A DNA stretch of 64,000 nucleotides from Mobula hypostoma (Eukaryota), in contig NC_086105.1 in assembly GCF_963921235.1 (NCBI RefSeq), positions 126,666,001 to 126,730,000 on the forward strand. Direction: 5' to 3'. Below, piece after piece: positions 1-12,159 of this stretch. A program made the translations under genes and the position numbers. Below the pieces are notes generated by a model that made no database searches, had not been told where the DNA came from, and saw only the letters and a list, made by a program, of their open reading frames with translations. How positions within the stretch are numbered: the stretch's first letter is position 1; each line of letters starts with the position of its first letter.

Positions 1-434
1 ACACATGGAATCTAATAGCAGACCAAAGGGTATAACAGAGTAGAACATAAAGACAGAATTGAGCCAATAGTTTAAAGGACTAAAAGAGTTTATGTAGGAG
101 CTGTCAAGACAATCAAATGGATGATTTTGTTTTTAAAATGAGCAACCATAGAACAGAAACCATTGTACTTCACCAAAAACAGGGCTGAATAGATCTTAAT
201 GTGGGATAGAATAAAACATTTAATGTGCAGAACTATGCAGAGGGCAGATGTTCAGCCAACAACCAGGAAATGTATTCAACTGACAAAGTACAACATGGAG
301 AGAATATAAACTCAGCTCAGAGCTGAATTGAATTCTGAAGCAGCAACCTCCGAAAAGAAATGTATTTGCCAGCAAGTGCAAAGTTTGCTGAGGTGGACCC
401 AAACTCTAAGTTCAATGGGAGGAAATAACTTTAC

Positions 435-458
435 CTAAAATGATTTTGGGCACGTTAT
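435..458 (-). CDS. Candidate 24-nt in-frame micro-exon of GSPT1 (D-NVPKIIL-)
   Basis: Minus strand reads ttctctactttgctgttccacAG|ATAACGTGCCCAAAATCATTTTAG|GTAAAG. Phase 1-1, matching the exon-1 donor. No homology support available. Confidence 0.3.
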   Translation of the reverse strand: MTCPKSF

Positions 459-1424
459 CTGTGGAACAGCAAAGTAGAGAAGCTGATGCTATTAACAATT
501 TTTAATGCATAACTTGGCATTTATTGATGAAATAAATCTATCTGCATTGAGCACTCACCTTTTCCAAGCACTAAAGTCATATTTAATTGAACACATGAAT
601 TGTGGAAAAGGCAGCACATAGGTGCAATGTTATTTGAATGGCAGAAAAAATAGTTTTTGGAGTTAATATCCACAGATCAATGAATACAGCAAGATAAGTG
701 GATAAAGTGGCTAAGATGATCTTTATGAAACTTGGTTTTCTTGCCAGGGGATCATGCTAAAATTATACAAAAATGGTAAAAATCACATCCAAAGAACTAT
801 GTACAATTTTATTTGAACAATACAAGAAGGCAGTGTAGCATCAGAGGACATAGAAGAGATTTATAAAGGATGTTGCCAAGACAGAAGAAATAAAATATTG
901 AGATGAGTGAGGCTGTGTACACAAAATTATAAAAGGACATTGCTGCTTTGGTAGAAAAGTTGATTAAGAGAGAATGATTAAAATTGGTAAAAGGAAAAAG
1001 CTGAATGAAAATTTTGTTCCATCAAATAATTGGGGCCTAAATTCATTGACTGATATGTTGGAGACTAGAAGTCCAACTAAATTTCAAAACAAAACCCAAA
1101 TATGGCCAGATTAAAATTAAAATTGATCCAAGTATTATAATTTTACAAACACAAGAAAACCTTGGGACCTTCATTTTACAGTCCTCTTCGTGACCTTGCC
1201 AGTTCAGCAGCTCTCTCTGGGCTGCCACTACTATCTTGGGACAGGTGACCCCAACACATTTTATCATGGTGTCCCCCAACTTGCAGCCACCTACTAACCA
1301 CGGTTCCTTTGTGTTCCTTCCTGACTCGCCAATGAACAGAACTCCCAAGCCAGGGTACAACACACACACCACCATCCAGCAAAAGATGACAAATGCCGTA
1401 ATTTTTGTTTTCTTTTATTGTTAT

Positions 1425-2560
1425 AGAACATAGAATTGTACAGCACAGGCAATTTGGCACACAATGTTGGGCTGAACTAATTAGCAAACAAATGCCCAGC
1501 TAATCCCTTTTGCCTATAGACCTTAGACCTGTGCATTCATAAACCCAACTAACAGCTTCTTAAATGCCTCTATCATATTTGCTTTTAGCACCACCCCAGG
1601 CAGCACACTCCAGGCACCCACAACTCTTTTAAAAAAAAACTTGCCCACACATCTTCTTTAAACTTACCCTCTCTCACTTCAAGTGCATGCCATCTGAGAT
1701 TATATATTTCAACCTTGGGGTAAAATATACTTGCTGTTTACTCTACCAATACCTCTCATATTATAAAACTCCATCACATCTCCCCATAACCACTGCCACT
1801 TCAGAAAAACCTACTCTGGTTTGTCCAATCTCTCCTCAAAGAACATGCCCTCCAACCCAGGGAGCATCCTGGCAAAGCTCTTTGCATCCACTCCAAAGCC
1901 TCATCGTCATTCCTATAATGGGTACACCAGAATTCAATTCAATGCAATACTACAGATGTGACCCAACTAGAGTTTCATAAAGCTACAACATAACTTCCAG
2001 AATCTTGAATTCAATTTCTCAACAAGCACGTGTAACCATTTTTCAGGGAGCTGTGAGTTGAGACCTCAAGATCCCTCTGCTCATCACTATTAAGGTTCTT
2101 GCCATTAACAGTATTCTGTCTCTTTACATTTGAAGTCTTGAATTGCAACACTATACACTTAGCTGGGTTAAGCTCTACCCCGCCCCCTGCCATCTGTAAC
2201 TTATCTACAATATAGCCTACTGTATCCCCTGCCAGTCTTCTACGTTATCCACAACGCCACCAATCCATATTTCAGCTGCAAACTTACTAAACCACCCATC
2301 TATGTTTTCATCTAGGATCTAGGTCATTTATATACATTACAAAGAGCAGAGGTTCCAGTAAGGATTCATGTGGAATATCACTAGTCATAGACCTCAAACA
2401 AGAATAGGTCCCTTCGACCACTTTCCATGGAAAGCCAATTCCAAATCTGAATAGCCAACTCACCTTGCATCCCATACATATAAAGCTTTTGGACAAGACC
2501 CTTATGTGGGACCTTGTCAGATGTCTTACAAAACTCCATGTGACCACCATCACAGCTCTA
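1425..2560 (-). mobile_element. Degenerate CR1-type LINE 3' portion
   Basis: LLFVMYINDLD, LNPAKC, EQRDLEV remnants; ATAGAACATAGAA tail at the left end. Confidence 0.7.
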
Positions 2561-5500
2561 CATACATGTACGGACCCTTCCCAGCACAATCTGACCAGAT
2601 GGGAAGACAGTTTGATTTAAATTTATCACTGAAGATCTGAATCAGCAACCTAATCAGATCTCATCAGGCTTGGTACATAATAAGCCTCAAGTGGAGGCAA
2701 AGCCCTCTTGAAATTTAAAAGCTACCCAGTGAACACTTGAGACTTAACCTACAAGGCTGCAAAGAGCTGTGAAGTGGGAGTAACACTGATAGTTTCGTTT
2801 TTGTCTCCCACAGGACATAATGGGCTGAATGCATTTTTGTGCTTTTAATTTACGAACAGAGTTGGCTAAGCTTAGAAGTCTATCCTGAAACTAAAATAGC
2901 TTCACTATGCAGGTAATGGATCAAAAACAAACAACAGCAACTCCAAGAACTACAAATACAGCAAATCAATGTTTAGCTTCCAATCCGATATTTAAAGCTA
3001 AAATCAAAAGATTTAGCACCAGTACATTATATATTAACAGCCAAATAAAATGCCTAAATTCATGGCAGTAACCCCATTTTGAAAGTAAATTAAAAGTGCC
3101 AGAGCTTACAAGCTGGATGTATATGACTTGAAACCATATAATCAAGACCAGTGACAATGGTATAAAAGAGACTCAATGCTAGCCCAGGCATATTTCAATG
3201 TTGCACAAGCACACGTGCTTCAACTTGTTTTCCAAGCTTGTTCTTCAAAGTCCCAATATTCATGCACATGTTTGTAATGCACTTCAACTCTTAAATGTAT
3301 TCAAAATAAAAATCAGTTTTGCTAAGAAAAACACAAGTTATATCTAAAGAGATGGAAAAATTTGCACTAACTTCCCTGTGATGCACTGAGAGACATTTAA
3401 CTACACTATAGTGTTACTGACACCACACTATTGTACTATATTTTCTGACTCATCATATATGATAACATGACATCACTGTCATAGAAAAGACCGGTTGATA
3501 CTCTGAGAACACTTTCACATAATGATGGCCTCTTGTTGGTCAGGAAATGGATCTGACCCGGATATGGCATCCTAACTGTCGAAGTCGATACTCAAGCTAG
3601 GACACTTACAATATGGAGAGCAAGCTGTTGCCCATGCAGCAGGCTCCGCCTCTCTACACAGCTGATGAATCCAAAGGAATGACAGAGACTGATACAGTTT
3701 AGCACCAGCGGTGTCACAGGAGTTGCCAGTCAGCAATGAACTCAACATATGACTGCCTCAGAGACTCAAGCTCCGGATTTTTCCTCAGGGTTTACTCCAG
3801 AAGCCTTCCCCTTGAGTGGGTGCAGTTGAAAGGCAGCCGAGGTTTAAGATCAGAGTTTTCCTTCTGGATGAGCTGTCAACCACAGCTGATGAACCCCATC
3901 TGCCCTAAGGGACTGGTTTTACAGGTGCCAGTAACCTGGCTTTGCCCCTTCTCCTGTCAGTCGAAACAGTTCTACTGGACTTAGCAGCTAAGGCACACAT
4001 GAATGCCAAGAGCAGAACTTGGCTGTTAGAGGCTATTTGAGACACACACCATCGGGAGCATTTGATAAGTAGTGAGAGCTTATCCCCACTACAGCCCCTC
4101 CCCTGGCAATGACAACCTTAAAGAACAAACTTATTTTATAAAAATTCCATTTTCACATAATTCATTGAAGTTATATCTTGCGCTACCTACACTTCCAACC
4201 CACAACTTCAAATCAGAAATATCTCACTCAAAATTGCAAAAATCATTCCAGGGAATAAAGACATTTTTACTCATAACCTGAATTTAGCTTGTCCAAAAAA
4301 AAAATGCTTCAAACATGGCTGGGACCACACATTTAAATGGGATTTAAATATAATTTTGCTTCCATTCCAGTATGTCTTTTGATAATAAGGCTGCCAAGGC
4401 TAATACTGGAAGATATCAGTAACCAGTCTCCTTCCTGATGTTAAGCATGTTTGAAAATCAAAATAGTTTTAAACTCCGTACCAACAAATTCCGTGTCAAC
4501 GGCTAAAATTCAAGCGAGGTGACCACTGTTATTCTAGCTGTGCCCAAGACATTGCGATAAATGAGCCAGATATCCCCACCCCCCCCACAATGGAACAGCC
4601 ATTTCCATCATAAAGTTGGCACCATTAGCTTTCAATGTTACCTTTATTTAAACTATTTGAAGCCAAGATATAAACTCAAGAATTTAACTGCTTCCTACCT
4701 CCATCTCAATTTCACATCCCTATTTAAAAACATGCCAATCTGGGCTTGCAGTGAGCACCCCCCTAAGCAGTGGGTATGTTAGACCACACAACTTAACATC
4801 TAAAAACCAGTGATTTACCCTTTACCATGCACAACTCAACTGTGAGCTTGCGCCACCTTCCAGGAACTGATCTCAAATGGGGTTTATCATATCTGTCTAT
4901 AAACAAGCACAGATCGACACAACATGGCAGGAATGCACATTTTGCAGTATGTAATAGATAAATGGATTCTGTGATGTCCAGTGAAATACAACTATAAAAG
5001 TGGTGATAGTGGGGGTGTGGGGTGGAATCCTATTACTTATGCCAGGCTATTTTCAAATTTCTGTTTCACCTTTATGGCGACTATTGTAACCATATTATTT
5101 GCACTACCAGCAATATCTCCACTGAAATCTGATAGCCTCATTTCAATTCACCATCTCTTCAGAAGTTCAAAAACCTTTGTAAATGCAAATTTGAAGAACT
5201 GTTTAAAGTGACCTCACTTCTTAGACTTGTTACAAGGTAGCTGAAGTTAAACAATTTGGGCTTCAGATCACTGAATAACTTTACAAACTATTGTATTATT
5301 TAGCTTTCACCATGAACTTACATGGAATCACAGCGAAATTGTAAAATAGGTTGACTACAATATGTTCACTTATTTGAAGAGGGAGATCACTTTTGAAAGA
5401 TTGCTACCATCCAGTGCAGCTTTCAATTGCTGAAGTAGACAGGGAACTGACACTCCAGATGTGGTTCTCAAAAGTTAGCATTTTAGCAAACAGAGGTACA

Positions 5501-5834
5501 AAAGTCTGGCAAATACCCATGTCTCTGTGCTTGATACATTATTTGCACAATACACATTTCACCTATAAAGATTTTATATGAGATGTGAAGGGAATAGTGA
5601 AACTAAATGGCAAAAGTGGGCTAGTTGATCCCTTACCTTTCTAATTCAACCTTTTAAGGTTGAAAAAGACAATTAATGTTTTACAAGTATTTGTTGGCTA
5701 GGAGTTCTATAAAGCTATTCCCAGTATAAAGCTACCTTATACCATGTTTTCTGGTATAATTACCAAGAATCATAACCGAAGTTCAATGCAGAAATCCTCT
5801 GCCCAAGAATATTTTAAGGTATGACAGGTGGAGG

Positions 5835-6632
5835 TGGAGTGAAGTTAAGATGGCAGTTAACAGCACCTCCTTTGCTTGCATCTTCAGAAACAGCTCTATT
5901 TCCATCTTTAATATCTTTATTTTCCCCTTTCAGGGTTCTTTTGAAGACCCTGACCTGGATTTACACGCTGACTTTGGTTCTTTGCGGGAACGGGACCCAT
6001 TCTCGGGGTTTCAGGACTGGCCACTGTTCAGCCTGAGAACTCAGCTCGGAACTGGAAGCCTAAGATCTCGGGGCTCTGGGGAGGATCGGTGTAAAGGCAG
6101 GAGACCCGTGTGTCGTCAGGGGAGTCAGAAAATCTACTGCCATATGCCCAAAGACCCGGGATCTTTGCAATCTTTGGGAACAGAACTCGAAAAAAAGCGA
6201 CGTAATGACAAAAATTTTAACATCGTAAACCAGCGAGTTGTTTGTTATGTCTCCCCACTCCCTGGGAAAAGAGGGACACCTCCTTCTCCTTTACGTGGGA
6301 GAGAAAGAACCTGTGGTATGTCAAATGTTGGGTGAAATGCGAAGTCTTTGGGATAACTGTAAGTCTGCGTCTTTGCTACTGCTTTGCTCACGCTTGAGTG
6401 CTCGGTGGCGGTAACGATGCTTGCTTCTTTTTGGTCAGTGGAGGGAGGAGGGATTGTTGCTTGCTGACACTTATGTGCAGGAGGGAGGGGAGCTGGGAGG
6501 ACTTTGGGGTTCTTACATTTAACTGTCATTCATTCTTTGGGGCACTTCTGTTTTCATGGATGTTTGTGAAGAAAAAGCATTTCAGGATGTATATTGTACA
6601 CATTTCTCTGACATTAATTTGGACCTTTGAAT
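5835..6632 (+). repeat. Unclassified interspersed repeat with AAGATGGC start and CTTTGAA-type tail
   Basis: Non-coding, CpG-retaining body. 3' end resembles the tails at 32060-32133, 37200-37290 and 48590-48680. Confidence 0.45.
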
Positions 6633-6794
6633 ATTTAACTTTGTGTTGAACTTTGATCTTGTGTTAATGAAGGAAATTATGAAAATGTAGGTGTTAACAT
6701 GCTTGAAATTTTGCAAGTGCTTCCTTCCACCATCTTTTTCTATCGATGGTGGTGAAGAGTTGGGAGTTGTCCAATTGTGAAATGCTAAACTTTA

Positions 6795-7060
6795 TGGCTG
6801 GTGGCGTAGTGGCATCAGCGCTGGACTTCGGGGCGAGAGGTCCCGAGTTCGAATCTGGCCAATTCCCTTGCACTCTCCATCCATGCCTGGGTTGAGTGTC
6901 AAGCTGACAACTTGACCTCGTAAAAAAAAACCTGGAGAGGGACAGCCTCCGCCAGGTTTCAGATGGCCAAGACACGCCATATGACAAGCATACCAAAAAG
7001 ATCGGTGCAAAAAGCTTGTCACGACAGCGCCCGACATCTCCACCAGGAGTTAAGGGAGCG
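6795..7060 (+). mobile_element. tRNA-derived SINE
   Basis: Pol III A box TGGCGTAGTGG and B box GAGTTCGAATC about 35 nt apart, followed by a non-tRNA body. Confidence 0.75.
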
Positions 7061-8059
7061 CACATGCACACACAAACAAACTTGCCAAAGTTTGGTATAC
7101 GGCAGAGAGAGTGAATATAGAGCCAGAGGATTGAGTAACTATCACACTGAATATTGTTATGACATTCATCCGTAGTGGGAAATGCAATCACTCTAAAGAG
7201 AAGAGTATTTCACTATATTTGTGACTTCTTCCATGTAGATGAACCTTTCCAGTACGTCAAAGAGCTCTGAAGTTAGACAGTCAAGACTATCCAGTTGGAG
7301 ATGGCAATTTCTTGGTAATTCAAGACAAAGCACCCAAATGCTTACCTCTGTAGTAGCGGGGGACATGTCTCTGAAGACAATAAATGCTCCAGACTAGCTT
7401 TACACTTAATGCTGGATACCAGCACCACAGAGGACAGCAATATTCTTCATGAGCATCCTACTCCCAAGGGTTGTTTAAAATGAGTACCCATGACAATATG
7501 TCACAGAAAAGTTTTGATCCTTGGGTTTCTGCATTGTAGCTTCACCAGGTAAATATATCCATCATGGTTTATAGTTCTGGTTGTCCACAAATGTGCTTTT
7601 CAGTTTAAAGCTATTTAAGATTTCATGAATTAATACAGCTTGAGACAACACAATGAGATGTGCTCATAACTTTGTCACAGCAGGGACTATGCTAGCATTG
7701 CTCTTGCCCAATGTGCCAGAGACTGAAACATACAACTTAAAAGGTAATATTGAAGTGAGCTTGGGAGAAGTGTTCTCCCTTCCAAATTCTACAGCAGATC
7801 CACCTGACAACATTTGGGAACTGCATCACCAACTCCTGATAGACAACGAATTCTCATTTGTTGCTTGCATCTCCCAGCATTACTTCAAAAGGCATTTACA
7901 TAGAACAATAATAATTCAGAAGATGGTAATCAGGAGATATCAATGCTGTATCTGACCAGACATTATCAGTCAGTACAAGATCCAAAGTGATCTAGCAAAT
8001 TTCAAGAACTGTGCTGCTATTTCTCTTATTCACCTTGTTGGTAAGCATATCCTTTATTC

Positions 8060-8490
8060 CACTGTCCTCTATTACTGGATTCCTCCTCCATTAGCTCACT
8101 ACTATTTCCACTCATCTGTCCTGTCAGCTTCTCATATCATTCACTCTCCCCCCATCTTCCCCTCTCAGCTGATCTTACCTACCACCTGCCAGCTTGTAAT
8201 CCTCCCCCTCCCTTCCACCTCTCATTTTGGCCCCTGTCCCTTCCTTTTCAGTCCTGATGAAGGGCCTCAGTATGAAATGTCCCGATGAAGGGTCTCGGCC
8301 TGAAACATCAACTGTACTCTTTTTCCATAGGTGGTGCCTGGCCTGCTGAGCTCCTCCAGTATTTTGTGTACGTTCCCTGGGTTTCCAACATCTGCAGATT
8401 TTCTCTTGTTTGAAACACTGACTGTTTGCTTCCCTCCATGGATGCTGCCTGATTTGCTAAGTTCCCCCGCGGGGTGTGCGTGTGTGCAGT
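8060..8490 (+). mobile_element. Older Penelope tail fragments with a tandemly duplicated, decayed hammerhead (8249-8314)
   Basis: CAGTCCTGATGAAGGGCCTCAGTATGAAATGTC followed by CCGATGAAGGGTCTCGGCCTGAAACATCAACTG and the family tail. Confidence 0.7.
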
Positions 8491-8812
8491 TCATTGATCA
8501 CGTAGTCTGGGATTCAAGGTGACAGAAAAGTTTCTGTAAATCTGTCAAATAATTCCCAGACAACTTTGTTGGACACCTCCATCAGATGTAAACCACTGGA
8601 AACCCAAAAGCAGGGCTTCACATCATTTAAGGGCACATACACGTCTAAATTTGATGCCAAGAGCTCAGTCACATGGTCTACTAGTTCCTATATATTGTCA
8701 TAGTTGTCTTGAAACAAACAAATGACACTTTCAGCAATTGTTACAAGTTAACTATGTTGATGTGGGACTAAGCTCTTGAAGACAGGTTAGGCAAAGAATT
8801 CATCCTTTAAGA

Positions 8813-9282
8813 CAGGGGCCCTTAATTTTTTTAATGCCATGGACCACTTTGGCAGTCCAGTGAAGCTTATGGACCTTTTCTCAGAATAATGTATTTAAAT
8901 ACACAAAATAAAATACATTGGGTTACAAAAGAAACTAATTACATTGACATAACAGTTCAAAATATTTTAAAAACAAATTTGTGATGTAGTAATGTATGTG
9001 CCTCTTTATTAACGCATTAAATAACAAGTAGTGATGACTGCTGTAAACAACATTGAGATATTTGTAACAGCTGTAATGTGATATGAAAATATCTGGGAAT
9101 TCTATTGGTGACAAAGTCAAAGGTACTGCTAATATTACTGTGGTTTGTTGCCTACGTCCATAATTGAAGGAAATCCTAAATATCAGATAGAGGTTGGTAA
9201 CGTAACCTCAAGTCAATATTTTCCCATCCAAGTTCACAGACTTCCTGGAATCTATCTACAGACCCCAGGTTAAGAACCTCCA
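8813..9282. mobile_element. hAT-Charlie MITE resembling mammalian Charlie4a-type elements
   Basis: TIR-like ends CAGGGGCCCTTAA / GGTTAAGAACCTC. Internal TTTGGCAGTCCAGTGAAGCTTATGGACC..TCTCAGAATAATG and TTCCCATCCAAGTTCAC recognised from the remembered consensus. Confidence 0.7.
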
Positions 9283-10949
9283 AGATCCAATGAATTCCTT
9301 TTAATTAATATGGCAGTCTAATGATCACCAATGTTTTTTTTTCCTCTTCTATTTTCCTTAATTAGCTTTAAATCATGTTGTCATGGTGAGATTTCAACGC
9401 TGATATCCAGATCATGAGTCCAAGGTTTTGCCTTAGTCCAAAAACAATCACTAAGCTTTCATTCTAAATGTTCACTGACAATACCCACTATTTGCTACTT
9501 CACTGAACATGATCTAACTGGCCCACATTCAGTAGATCAAATAATTCTATTTAACTCCACCTCAAGCAAGGTGCTGCCTCCCTCCCCCAGACCATATGCA
9601 ATCACGCTGTAGAGTCTCAGATCTATGCCTCGATAAAGAACACCCATTTCCTATTCTAGAAATGTTCTTTTTTTTTTGCACATTTGGTCCTGAAACACAG
9701 CACTCCACTGGTTGATTTTTCTTGATCCCTTATTTAATCCCAACTCATCTAAAACTACTACCCATTTCTCAAAATGCATCAACTTACATTTACCATCGTG
9801 ATCCCTACTGGCTGACAAACTGACTCCTGGTTAATCAATTACTCAATTTCAAATTCCATGATCATGAAATCCACACTTGGCCTCCCCCCCCCCCCCCGCT
9901 CCCTGGCTCTAAAACTTCCCTGACACTGAAATTTCATGTAATCATGAAATGTCATTCCAGTATTGGTGGCATGTCTTCAACTGCCAAAGTCCTGGAATCC
10001 TTTCTAAAACTGTTCTGTGCCTGTCCCTCCTTATAATCATCTCTTTTGACCATTTTTTATTAACTACCTTAGCATTTTGAAACTCACTAGCAGTTCATTT
10101 GTGTGAACAAGTTTCTGAGTATTACTATACGAACACAGGATACTGTTGGAGTATTGTTTCTGGCGAAATAAAATCCAACCTTTAGATTCAGTTTTGGCTA
10201 TTACATTGCTACTTTAATTACTATAACAGACTAACCACTAGAATCGTCATTAACTGTAGCACAAATACATACCGTCTAATAAATCCATGTGCATTAAATG
10301 CAAGCTGTTTGTAGCATGATGTCTTCAAAATGTGCTGAAAGTAGCCAACATGACAATTACCGTACAGTACTCCTAAACAGCATACCAGCATGCATCTTAG
10401 CTGTGGTTGCATATTAAAGTGCTGATTCAACAGCTAATAATTTCACCCCATGCGAATTTGAACTAAAGGTTTCTGAAATGTGCACCCACGAAGTTAAGCC
10501 ATTACTCGACAAAAGCTGAACAAAGTTTATTCTGATTTGAATCTTCAAAGAGTAAAGAACTTACATAAGAAAATAAAGGAAAATTCATAAGTTTTATTCT
10601 GTAATTCAGTACTTTAGCTCTCCTTTCTATGAAGAAATATATCATTCCGTCATTATCTCAAAAAAAGAACAGAAGCTTCACATCTAGATGAAGTGCAAAC
10701 TGACGACATATTCAGATTGACGTCGGTTTCCACATATGGGCCTCGAGCCTTTCTGTAACAAGTTCCCCGACCAACATATGGAACGTTTCGCAAGAATATA
10801 AAAAAATATATACACACACACCTTGAGAGAATTATGCTTAAAAAACTGGCGTTGAAAGCCAACTACGTTTAAAGTAATGAGGCCTAAAGTTGACATGGGT
10901 TGCAAAACAGCTTTTTACCTTTTCTTGGTCGAGACGATTAGCCGAAGAT

Positions 10950-11950
10950 AAATGCAGCGGTATTTTGGACAAACGATGGAACTCAAGCGATCAGCCTCTT
11001 TCCGCCTCGGAGCCACCTTTACCCACCCTACCGCCATAACCCTGCTGTTATGGACAAATGAACAAAGGCCCCAAGTTGCCCTACCGCTGCCGCACTCACT
11101 TTTCTCCCAGTGCTCTCCCTTCTCTCCCCCCCCCCACTCCCCCGGATAAAAAATAAAATTTATTACCTTCTGGCGACTCGGCGGCCTCATCCGAGCCCCT
11201 CAGGAACGAGGGAACGAATTCTGCTGCGTGGACATTGGGAACGAAAGGTTTGGCGTTCACGTTGAGCTTAGAAAAAGAGGAGTTCATCTGGGCCTCGACA
11301 TCCGTGTCGGCCGCCAGCTCCCAGGAATCAGGGGCGTAATCCGCCACGTCTTTCGAATCCATGGCTGTACTGAGAAATGTTGCTAGATTTAAAAATAACG
11401 TGTCTTTTCCCCTCTTCCCTTCAACTCTCTCTCCCCCCTCCGACACCGTTGACGCGCGTCTGAAGGAGGCCTCAGACCAGGGATATGGCTCCGCCGGTAA
11501 CAAGCCGAGAGCCGCCTCAACTCAGCTCGGTCCTCGTGTGTATCCCGAAAGGGCTGACGTACGCTTACGTGATAGACTGGAGATAAACGGCGGCTTCTGC
11601 GCCTGTGCGATCGGCAGGCACAGCACCGTGGGAACTGTAGTTTCACCGATCACCGACTCTGCGCGCCCTTCCGGCACTCGGAACTACATTAACCAGAGAG
11701 GCCCGCGGTAACACCCTGGATGCGTGACCTCGCCGCTAAAACTGTTGAGTGCCTATCCCGTTAGATAGATTTTGAAGAATCAGCGGTATTGTCGCGGGGG
11801 TGCAAGAAATGGAAGAGAATTAAAACGGAGTGAGGTTTTAGTGGTCACTTTATTGTTTCGTGGGCATCTGGCCTCTTACGGGCGCAATCTAAAAGCTTAA
11901 GTTTTTTTTTCCGCTGGAGTTTCAGGGCTCGGTGTGCAGAAGTGTGCGCA
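10950..11950. promoter_or_regulatory. CpG island / housekeeping promoter of GSPT1
   Basis: Locally CpG-rich against a CpG-poor background. ZNF143/THAP11-type motif GGGAACTGTAGTTT (11630-11643), NRF1-like TGCGCCTGTGC (11598-11608), ETS/GABP core CTTCCGG (~11668). Confidence 0.8.
11167..11362 (-). CDS. GSPT1: Eukaryotic peptide chain release factor GTP-binding subunit eRF3a, first coding exon; the gene continues off the left edge
   Basis: Encodes MDSKDVADYAPDSWE...SKLNVNAKPFVPNVHAAEFVPSFLRG..SPE, containing the tandem PAM2 motifs diagnostic of the eRF3 N-terminus. Kozak context acagccATGg. Phase-1 donor GAAG|GTAATA (196 nt = 65 codons + 1). Lies in a CpG island. Confidence 0.95.
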
Positions 11951-12159
11951 AGCCTGGACCTTCCCCAGTTTCAGTGCGAGTTTTATGTACAGTATGTCAT
12001 TTTATACACACTGCAGTCCTTCAGACAGGAAACAATTTACTAAAATTGAAGGGTAAATCACGTAAACTCTCAACACTAGTTCTTCGGCCTTATAGGAGTT
12101 ACCGGGTAAACGAATTGGAATACAAAATGTTATATCCCATTAAAACAATAGAATATCGG

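Noticed and set aside
6795-6870. tRNA gene
   Set aside because: A/B boxes are present but it runs into a SINE body, with no convincing cloverleaf or T-run terminator.
11363-11503. N-terminal extension of GSPT1 suggested by ORF 11096..11503
   Set aside because: It starts at a non-ATG codon; the ATG at 11362 has a strong Kozak context and homology begins there.
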